Of a stretch of 64,000 nt of DNA, positions 11,217-18,708 are shown one piece after another. The translations under genes and the position numbers were made by a program. The DNA lies in contig CAWKHF010000012.1 in the NCBI GenBank assembly GCA_963849325.1, positions 320,001-384,000 of the forward strand. Reading direction: 5' to 3'. The notes below the pieces were generated by a model. That model was not told where the DNA came from. It saw only the letters and a list, made by a program, of their open reading frames with translations, and made no database searches. Position 1 is the first letter of the stretch. Each line of letters begins with the position of its first letter. Source of the DNA: an uncultured Planctomycetota bacterium. GTDB taxonomy: Bacteria > Planctomycetota > Planctomycetia > Gemmatales > Gemmataceae.

Positions 11217-11357
11217 GCAACTGACCGCGAGCGCACAGTCGGCGTAAGCATCGGGAGGCCCGGAAAACCGCCGGGCCTTCGCCATCTCGGCGACCCAGGA
11301 ATCCCCATCCCAGAAGAAGCCGAACGAAGAGAGGACCACGAAGCAACCGCCAAGCAT
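11163..11357 (-). CDS. Small hypothetical protein, convergent with and overlapping the integrase 3' end
   Basis: SD GAGGGG before ATG 11357; FFWDGDSWV..AKARRF. Confidence 0.45.
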   Translation of the reverse strand: MLGGCFVVLSSFGFFWDGDSWVAEMAKARRFSGPPDAYADCALAVSCLRRLGHICSVAYIMPLA

Positions 11358-11628
11358 GATGCACCCCCTCGGTAGCAATCATGCACGCGCCACACCGCGT
11401 TTTCGTCACCACATCCTACCAAGCCCAACCAGATTCTCAGGACCAACGCCGGTAACTGTCAAGCAAGGGTAAGAATCCGCAACGCTGGAGCACTCAACCG
11501 CACGACACGGCCTGCCCTAACAACCGGGCTTTCCACACGCTTGTCCGCAACTATCAGTTTGCACCCGACCGGGTAGGTTGTAGTCTTGGTGAGTCCTGAA
11601 CGCTCCCTTACCCACGGCAGAGGTTGAC

Positions 11629-11865
11629 ATGAAACCAAAATTGCTGACCATCGCCGAGGCGAGCAAGAGACTAAACGTGTCCGGCACCACGCTACGGCGG
11701 ATGATCCGCACCGGCGAATTCCCGCCGCCCGTTCGGCGGAACAGCCGCTGGGTCCGTGTCCCGGCATCGGACATCGAAAACTACCTGACCAAACTGGCGG
11801 AACGCCGCCAGACCGAGCAACCCCGACACCAGGCCGACACCACCGGCCGCCAATTGGAGACATGA
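11629..11865 (+). CDS. Excisionase/AlpA-like helix-turn-helix protein (likely recombination directionality factor)
   Basis: LLTIAEASKRLNVSGTTLRRMIRTGEFPPPVR...WVRVPASDIENYL; SD GAGG. Confidence 0.85.
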   Translation: MKPKLLTIAEASKRLNVSGTTLRRMIRTGEFPPPVRRNSRWVRVPASDIENYLTKLAERRQTEQPRHQADTTGRQLET

Positions 11866-11868
11866 ACC

Positions 11869-13114
11869 ATGAAAGCCCGCGTTTTGAAAGCCTTCGACGA
11901 TTGCAAGGCCGGCGACATCATCGACGTGCCGCGAGCCACGAGCAATTTCGCCGTGCAGAGAGGCGATTTGGAGGAAATCAAGGACGCTGAAACCCTACTC
12001 GCGCAAAAGGTCCGTCGCGCGATCGAAAGGCGCACGATCAGGAAAAAAGTCAGGTCGCTGGAGAGGCCCGCGTTGAGCTTCGGCCAGTTCCTGACCCTGC
12101 TAGCCAAGAGTGGAGGCCGCGACTTCCCCGCGCTCGCCCAGAAGGCGGCGCTGAACGAAGCGTCTGGGATCGAGGGCGGTTATCTCGCGCCACAGGGCTT
12201 CGCCAAAACTATTTTCCAGGCCAGCGAGCGGGGCCGAATCCTGCGCCGGAGCTACCCTATTCCCCACGAGCCACCGTGAAGAGTTAATCCCCTTGTGGGA
12301 TATGACAACTCCACAGACGGCCGGCACAACGCCGTTCTTCGGCGGGCTGAAATTGCAGTGGTACGAGGAAGGAGTCGAACCGGCCGAAAGTGAACCGGCG
12401 ACCAAGCAGCTGGCGATGGTCCCGAACTATCTAGGCGCGCTGGTGTTGGCCTATAACGCTTGGCTCGCGGACGCCGCTCGAGGGACCGTAGAAGCGTGGC
12501 TCTTGGCCCTGTTCGGAGAAGCCGTGGCGTGGTACGAGGAATACGGCTTCCTCCAGGGCAAGGGGGCGGGCCAACCGCTCGGCATCCTCAACAGCGGCGC
12601 AACCATCAACGTCAGCCGCGCTGTCGCCGGCGACATCGAGTTCGCCGACATTGGCGGGATGCTCAACAAGCTACTTCCGGAGTCCATCAATCGCTGTTTC
12701 TGGATGTACTCGCCGACCTGTCAAAGCGCCCTGATGCAACTCAAGGACGGCGCGAATCGGGCCGTGATGCTGCAAGTCGGAGCGACGCCCGCCGGACGCG
12801 GACAGTGGACCATCGCCGGAATCCCTGCTTATCCGACCGAGAAGTTGCCAGCCCTAGGGACCAAGGGAGACCTCGTACTCATCGACCCGCGCTGGTATGC
12901 AATCAGTGACTTCATAGCCGAGGAGGGACAGCCGGCGGGCGGCGGTCGTAGCCTAGCCGTAAGTTTCTCTGGCGAGGCGAGTCAGACGGTCTTCACCAAG
13001 AACCAGACGGTCTTTATGATTTCACAGCGCCTCGACGCACGGCCGGTTATCGACAGCCCCATCACCTTGCAGGACGGCGTGACGCAGGTGTCGCCGTTCG
13101 TGGCCCTTAACTAA
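11869..13114 (+). CDS. HK97-fold phage major capsid protein (~414 aa once one extra C near 12262-12265 is removed)
   Basis: GGYLAP, WYEEG..AESEP, FLQGKGAGQPLGILN, LMQLKDG, GIPAYPTEKLPALGTKGDLVLID, FTKNQTVF..QRLDARP, SPFVAL. Confidence 0.88.
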
Positions 13115-13240
13115 GACATTTGGGCTCCGCGAACACGGCGAGGCGACGGATTGCCTAGCCGTGGAGTCGCGCCACGGTGATGCTGAACCTTTTCGTGCAA
13201 TCCACATCGAAAACTACCCGCAAGCCTTGAGGGAGAAGAC

Positions 13241-14215
13241 ATGAGCAGCCTGGCCGACGAAATCATTGCCGCGATGGAAGCGGGCGGAACCAAGAAGGAA
13301 CCCGCAACGTTCGACGAGGTAGACGCTTTCCATCTCCAAAACGAGGCCGAACAAGTGTTGAAGTACCTCCCGCTACTCGGACAAAGCGGCTACCTCGTCG
13401 AGGGCTGGTCGCACCTACTCGCCGGCTTCCCCCGCGTCGGCAAGTCCGAATTACTCTACGCCTGCATGGTCGAATGGTTACGAGCGGGCCAGACCATTCT
13501 CTACTTCACCGAGGAGGGCCGTGAGCTATGGCGGCAACGACTTCAGCGCCAACGAGTACCCGCCGAGGGATTACAACTGGTGTTCGCGCTCGGTGGCAAG
13601 TCCCTGGACCTCCTAACGCGGATGAGGAAGAGTGGGGAGCCTATCGTTGTGATCGACACCATCCGCAGCCTGCAAGTCCTGCCGGCCGACGAGAACGACA
13701 ACGCCGCCGTCGCCCGCGCCCTCGAACCCTGGGTGACTGCCGCACGCGAGATGAGCAAGACCCTGATTCTCAGCCACCATGCCCGCAAGGGAGGCGGCGA
13801 GCACGGCGAGGGCATCTCCGGCGGTCATGCCCTCTTCGGGGCCGTGGACGTGGCCCTGGAAGTCTGCCGCAGTACGACACCGGCTCGGCGGATCATCAAG
13901 GCCCATGCTCGCCTAATCCAGCCCGCCGACCTCCTCTACGAGCGGGACGAGGATGGCAGCCTGGCCGCTCTCGGCGATCCCAGCGGCGTCGGCCTGGCGG
14001 AAGTCGGCCGCCGCATCCTCGACGTGATGGATCACCAATGGGCCAAGACGGCCGACGTACACGACCGCCTGGAGGAACCCCGGCCCAGCGCGGAACAACT
14101 TCGCCTCGCTCTGGCCGCCGAGGCCCGCTGCGGCCGCCTGGAACGCGATCCGCCCATCAGCGTCGCCAACGTCCAGGGCAAGACCACTCGCTGGCGGCTC
14201 CTCGGAGGCGAGTAA
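13241..14215 (+). CDS. AAA/RecA-fold ATPase (RepA/SF4 helicase-like) with C-terminal wHTH-like region
   Basis: Walker A AGFPRVGKSEL, Walker B IVVIDTI, LILSHHARKGGG, ISGGHALFGAVD. Confidence 0.82.
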   Translation: MSSLADEIIAAMEAGGTKKEPATFDEVDAFHLQNEAEQVLKYLPLLGQSGYLVEGWSHLLAGFPRVGKSELLYACMVEWLRAGQTILYFTEEGRELWRQRLQRQRVPAEGLQLVFALGGKSLDLLTRMRKSGEPIVVIDTIRSLQVLPADENDNAAVARALEPWVTAAREMSKTLILSHHARKGGGEHGEGISGGHALFGAVDVALEVCRSTTPARRIIKAHARLIQPADLLYERDEDGSLAALGDPSGVGLAEVGRRILDVMDHQWAKTADVHDRLEEPRPSAEQLRLALAAEARCGRLERDPPISVANVQGKTTRWRLLGGE

Positions 14216-14332
14216 CTTCACTTCCCACCTATAGGAGAGACCCCCTTGTATGTGAGGTGAAGAAAAGTGAAGCGAAGCGTTTACGCTTCACTTTCTTCCC
14301 ACAGTCCCTCTCTTAAGGAGGGAAGTTCAGTT
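14214..14332. other. Large imperfect inverted repeat directly after the helicase-like gene (candidate replication origin)
   Basis: AAAGTGAAGCG/CGCTTCACTTT core; outer arms AACTTCACTTCCCACCTATAGGAGAG vs rc AACTGAACTTCCCTCCTTAAGAGAG. Confidence 0.55.
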
Positions 14333-14363
14333 CATCCAGCGCTCGACACCAACCGGAGGCATC

Positions 14364-14606
14364 ATGTCTGAACTGAAAGACGTTGTAAACAAACTGTGCA
14401 AAGAGCTTGACCGGCTCTTCCACACGCCGGACCTCTTGCACCGCGAGCAAGGTTATCCCAATCTAGCCGAACTTCTGGCTAGCATTAACGCAGGCATCCA
14501 CCGAGCCGCCGACGCTCTCGACCGGATGAACCCGCCGCCACAACCGCCGCCGTTCGTGCCGGAGGGCTTCACGGACGCGGAGTTGCTGGCCGGCAAGGTC
14601 AAGTAG
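14364..14606 (+). CDS. Hypothetical protein (80 aa, helical)
   Basis: SD GGAGG, clean ORF co-oriented with the element core. Confidence 0.65.
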   Translation: MSELKDVVNKLCKELDRLFHTPDLLHREQGYPNLAELLASINAGIHRAADALDRMNPPPQPPPFVPEGFTDAELLAGKVK

Positions 14607-15198
14607 TGTCCGTCCGCCGCACTCACGGCCCCAAGCGATGTCGTCCAGGCGTCGTTTCGGGGCCGATTCCTGCACCGCCAGCAGGCCAAGCTGCACCTTT
14701 CCTGTCGTCCCGCTGCACACCCTCGACAAAACCTCCACAACCGGCATCGCAGCCTTTTCTTGTCCATATACCGATCAAATGTTCACTAAAGCGATAAACA
14801 AGAGGAGTGAAGGTAGATCGTGTTGCCGGGATGGCCGCGTTTTCCGGGCTGGGAGGGTAGGTTGCGTCCGGCAGCTGGGAGGCGCGTGCGGGGGTGCGTG
14901 CGGCCCCTGCGCCGCCCTCCGCGTCCCGGCGGCCGTGGCCCGCACGGACGCTCTGGGCGGCTCCGGGCCTACGGTGCGCCGGGACGTATCCGCCGCCCCC
15001 TGCGGCCGTCTGTCCCGCTGCCCTCACGGCGACGGACAGACGGCCTGCGGGCGGCTCGGTGGTGCGTGTGTGTGTGTGTGTGCGGGGCTGTACGCCCCCT
15101 GGTGTCGCGCAGCGACACCGCCGTCGCTGCGCGACGGCTGCCGGCCCTTACAGGCCGGCGGGGGCTGCGGTGTGCGTGCTGCGGGACACATCGCGGTG

Positions 15199-15404
15199 AG
15201 ACCCTGCCTTGCGTGCCCGGCTGCCTGCTGCTGCCGGCCCAGGTGGTGCGCGACATCACGGCTGTTCGTGTTGATGGCCGGCAGCAGCAGGCAACTCGGG
15301 CTCGTGTGGGGCAGACCGTGCCTTGCGGGCGCACCGGCATCTGGCTGCGGCCCAGGTAGTGCGCGACATCCCGGTTGTTCGAGCTACGGCCGCAGCCAGA
15401 TGCC
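15199..15404. repeat. Two tandem 114-bp-period structured units: conserved leader and loop, different perfect stems
   Basis: Stems 15222-15239/15276-15293 (18 bp) and 15336-15352/15388-15404 (17 bp); loops 26/29 identical. Confidence 0.85.
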
Positions 15405-15543
15405 ACCACGTCTACATTCGGCAACCGCATCCATGCGGGGTTCGAGGCGGGCAGGACGCCCGCCAGCTGGCCCATGACGACGAGGATGCGGCTCCAGCAG
15501 ACCCAAGGCCACGGGTGGCCTTGGGCTGCTGAGCTTCCTACGG

Positions 15544-15757
15544 ATGCAGGGACGCAGCCTGCGGAGCATTGCCGAGGAGGAGGGGGTGAGTCAGGAACAG
15601 GTACGCAAGGATTCTCGATCCTGCTGTCAACCAGTTGACACCTGACCTACCACCCGCCCAGGTGCTCGGCAAGGACGGCAAGGCGTATCCGGCGGACAAC
15701 TCCGCACGCAAGCCCGCGCTACCCGGTCCCGTCGTGGACAACGCCGCCGCTCCGTAG
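15544..15757 (+). pseudogene. HTH fragment with GKDGKxYP motif (resembles the C-terminal part of phage ParB-like proteins); one frameshift
   Basis: MQGRSLRSIAEEEGVSQEQVRKD / LDPAVNQLTPDLPPAQVLGKDGKAYPA; absent from the ORF track. Confidence 0.6.
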
Positions 15758-16463
15758 TCGGCTCCTCAGCATTTTCTTATTTATAAGACCGCTAGCACCC
15801 GTGCTTGCCTATCTTCGTTCCGTTCCCCCACGTCATCACGCCCAGCCTTCCCGCTGTCACGCCCTCTCGTGTTCACCGCGTCGCGTCATGGGCCATCCTG
15901 GCCCATAGTCGCGTCGCGGCGGGCCATCCTGGCCCTCAAGCTGTGGGCGGGTGCCCCGCCCCTGTTTGTCTCCGCGTCACTCGCGGTCGGGTTGTGACGG
16001 TGTATCGTGACCCTACCCGTCCTGCTGCTACCGCCGTGCCCTAGCAGATGCTTACCCGGTTTCCACGGCGTCGTAAGACAGACTAGCCTATGAGGTCCGC
16101 AGAGCACACCCGGCCAGACAGAAGCATTTTGAGGTCGTTCGTGTCGTACTGGCTGACGAGTCGTCACGTCCTCCCCCGCCCGCGACAGATTCCGCCAGTG
16201 TCGCGGGCGGCCTTTTTGGCCCCCGCGACACTGGCGGCTTCCGCCCAGGGGGGCGGAAGTGCGGTAGTGCGTAACGGTGTGTCGTGCTGTGACGCTCAGC
16301 ACGTCGTCTCGCCCTCCCCCCCGCGTAAGAACGCCGCCGGAGCGCGGGTTGTCCCCGCGTCCGGCGGCGTCGCAGCCCTTGCAGGCTGCGAAGAAGCTAC
16401 CAGGCGACGTCGTGACAGCCCTATTCGATGCTGCGAGGTTGACGGGTCATCATGCGCTGCTCT

Positions 16464-16509
16464 TTTCTTTTCTTTTCTCTTTTGAGTACAAAAGAGAAAA
16501 GAAAAGAAA
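16464..16509. repeat. Perfect 21-bp pyrimidine/purine palindrome with 4-nt loop
   Basis: TTTCTTTTCTTTTCTCTTTTG-AGTA-CAAAAGAGAAAAGAAAAGAAA. Confidence 0.9.
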
Positions 16510-16587
16510 CAAAAGAAAAGAGAAAACAAAGACAGACACTCACACGCCCCAAGGGACAGGATGACGGTCAAACCCGTGAAATGATCG

Positions 16588-16760
16588 CGTTTTGTCCAAG
16601 TGCCCTAGGTGCTGTTGTAGCAGGTATGTCAAGGTAGGTTGATTAAAAGCAATTTTGCTGTCAGAGAAGTTGTACGGTCAATGAAACTAGGCAAAATTGC
16701 TTTTAATCATTCCACCTTGACTACCTGCTATTACATCATCAGGGGCACTTGAACAAAACG
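16588..16760. repeat. AT-rich ~70-bp imperfect inverted repeat with 32-bp spacer
   Basis: Arms 16588-16658 and 16691-16760, about 60/71 matched by hand, innermost 19 bp perfect. Confidence 0.9.
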
Positions 16761-17069
16761 GGTTAGACTTGCACGGGGAGGCGAGTGCGACCCGCCATTA
16801 CACGCCGGGTCGGAGAGGGAGGAGGAGGAGGAGGAGGAGTGGGGTGGGGGTGGCGCGGGCCGCAAGCGGCTCATATGTTCATGTGTTCATAGTTCATCGT
16901 GGGTCGTTGGCCGGTCTCCCCGCTGGGTGCCGCTGCGCTGGGCTGGGATGGGTGGTTACGGTCGGGGGCTGGGCGGCGGCCGCCTCCGGCGGCCGCCCGG
17001 TGTCTCCTTGTGCTCTCCGCCTTGTCCGTGTTTTTGTGCGGTTTTTGCGGGTTTTTCTGCATTTTCCTC

Positions 17070-17099
17070 TTGACAGCTACATGTCGTTTGTGGTAGAAT
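17070..17099 (+). promoter_or_regulatory. Near-consensus sigma70 promoter of the element's cargo operon
   Basis: TTGACA-N18-TAGAAT with TGn extended -10; helically phased T-tracts upstream. Confidence 0.75.
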
Positions 17100-17177
17100 C
17101 GCTGTCTGCAATGGCGATGGGGGGCGGTTGGCCCCGCCCCCCATCTAACCCGAACCCCGTGCTAGCGGAGTCGAGTC

Positions 17178-17507
17178 ATGTCTAAGGGTATCCGTTCGTC
17201 GTCGGTCTGTCTATTCCACATTACCCCCCGCCGCAATCTCCAATCGATCTACAAGTTCGGCTTGCTGCCGTGCTTCGCTCGGGGCGTGTTGCGTGCCGTC
17301 TGGCTGTGCTCGGCTTCCCGCCGCCGCTGGGCCGCCGTCCACGTCGAGGACCAAAACTGGACTTCGGACATCGTTGTCATCCGCCTCATCCTGCCGCGTG
17401 CCTGGCTCCGCCGCTTCCGTCGCGGCATCTGGCATTGCTCGCAGCCGATCCCCCCCTCGTGCATTGTGTCCGTCTCCGCCCCGTCCCCGCTGTCCCCCGC
17501 CGCCTGA
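17178..17507 (+). CDS. Small ADP-ribosyltransferase-fold protein (KptA/Tpt1 C-domain or DUF952-like)
   Basis: LFHITPRRNLQSIYKFGLLP, AVWLC, VVIRL, GIWHCSQPIPPSCI; SD GGAG. Confidence 0.6.
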   Translation: MSKGIRSSSVCLFHITPRRNLQSIYKFGLLPCFARGVLRAVWLCSASRRRWAAVHVEDQNWTSDIVVIRLILPRAWLRRFRRGIWHCSQPIPPSCIVSVSAPSPLSPAA

Positions 17508-17564
17508 ACTCTTGGCCCGCCCGATCCGCCGCCCAGCGGATCGGCCTTCTTGGAGTATTCGGAT

Positions 17565-17936
17565 ATGTCTACTCGTTCATATCGTCTGTGCTTGCGCATC
17601 GACAACGGCGTGGAACGCCACTACGCCGTCCGCCCGCTGGCAGCTGCCGACCTGGAAACGCCGTTCCTGTGCGGCTATGCCCTAACGGAACGCACGCAAA
17701 ATTCACACCCGACCTACCATGTCCGCCTTGCCGCCGATGGCATTGTCAACTGCTCGTGTCCGCAGTGGAACAAGGCCGAGACCTGCAAGCACGCCGACGC
17801 CCTCGTGGCCGCCGGCCTGCTGCCGGTGCGGCTCGTCGAAGTGCTCGCCGCCACCCGCCACTTGCTCGACCTCGCCGAAGCGAAGATCGCCGCCATGCCC
17901 AAGCCCCGATCCCGCAAGAAGAAGACGGACAACTGA
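17565..17936 (+). CDS. SWIM zinc-finger protein
   Basis: YHVRL..CSCPQWNKAETCKH (CxC...CxH); SD GGAG; basic tail. Confidence 0.8.
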   Translation: MSTRSYRLCLRIDNGVERHYAVRPLAAADLETPFLCGYALTERTQNSHPTYHVRLAADGIVNCSCPQWNKAETCKHADALVAAGLLPVRLVEVLAATRHLLDLAEAKIAAMPKPRSRKKKTDN

Positions 17937-17988
17937 TCGTCGCCACGCGGACCGGCCGCAAGGCCGGTCCCCTCGACACGGAGGAAAC

Positions 17989-18342
17989 ATGGCCCGACAC
18001 CGCAGACCGAACACCGCCGACGACCGCCGCCAGCTACTGGCCGCTGCCGCCGCCGTCCTCGGTGTCGCCGCCGACGCAGTTATTCTCGTCGCCGGCGCCG
18101 TCGAGATCGTCCGCCCCGAGCCGCAGCCGGTTCGTCCTGGCCGACTGCCCGAGGGCATGAGCGCCTACGATGCCGCCATTCTGGGGGCGCTCGCTGACAG
18201 GCCATTGTCAGCCCAGCAGATCGCCCACCGCAGCGGACACCGCCACAACAGCTACTTTCGTGGCCGTCTCGCCGCTCTTGTCGAGGCAGGCCACGTCCGA
18301 CAAACCCGCCGAGGGTACAGTCTCGGCGGGCCTGGCAGGTAG
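17989..18342 (+). CDS. Winged-helix DNA-binding protein
   Basis: AILGALADRPLSAQQIAHRSGH..SYFRGRLAALVEAGHV; SD GGAGG. Confidence 0.7.
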   Translation: MARHRRPNTADDRRQLLAAAAAVLGVAADAVILVAGAVEIVRPEPQPVRPGRLPEGMSAYDAAILGALADRPLSAQQIAHRSGHRHNSYFRGRLAALVEAGHVRQTRRGYSLGGPGR

Positions 18343-18416
18343 CAGCTGGCAATCGTCTACTTGTTCCTGCCGGCGGGGCGGGTATCCTCGCCGGCATCAC
18401 TCACAGGAGGTTTCCC

Positions 18417-18635
18417 ATGCTAACCATCGAACGCCGCGCCTTCCTCGAAGCGATCGTGCTTGCCGCCCTCATCCCCAACTGGCAGCGAACCAACCCCTTC
18501 GAGCCACCCGAGCAGACCCGGCAACGCCTTGCCGTCGAGGCGCTCAAGATTGTCGATTCGTTCCTACGCGTGACCGGCGACGCGAACTTGCCGCCCCTCG
18601 GCGTGCCGGCCAACGACCCCAGCGTTCCCTTTTGA
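18417..18635 (+). CDS. Hypothetical protein ending NDPSVPF
   Basis: SD CAGGAGG, clean ORF. Confidence 0.65.
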   Translation: MLTIERRAFLEAIVLAALIPNWQRTNPFEPPEQTRQRLAVEALKIVDSFLRVTGDANLPPLGVPANDPSVPF

Positions 18636-18708
18636 ACGATCCGCTCCGCGCCCTCGGCGACGTTCGCCCAGGGCCGGGCGCTTCCCATCGCCCACGGAGG
18701 TTTGCACC

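Noticed and set aside
12255-12295. Programmed frameshift or split capsid gene
   Set aside because: The break sits in a C homopolymer and removing one base restores a continuous MCP; error is more likely, though reads should be checked
15199-15404. CRISPR array, TIGR array or integron attC cassettes
   Set aside because: Only two units; the variable parts are self-complementary stems rather than spacers; no cas, Nop-domain or intI gene; no RYYYAAC/GTTRRRY ends
16150-16200. Hammerhead ribozyme (CTGACGAG)
   Set aside because: No GAAA core segment or compatible stems follow
14623-16571. Long ORFs in the track (e.g. 14638-15477, 14820-15359, 16090-16485)
   Set aside because: Cys/Arg/Ala-rich translations of palindromic GC-rich DNA with no SD or recognisable domain
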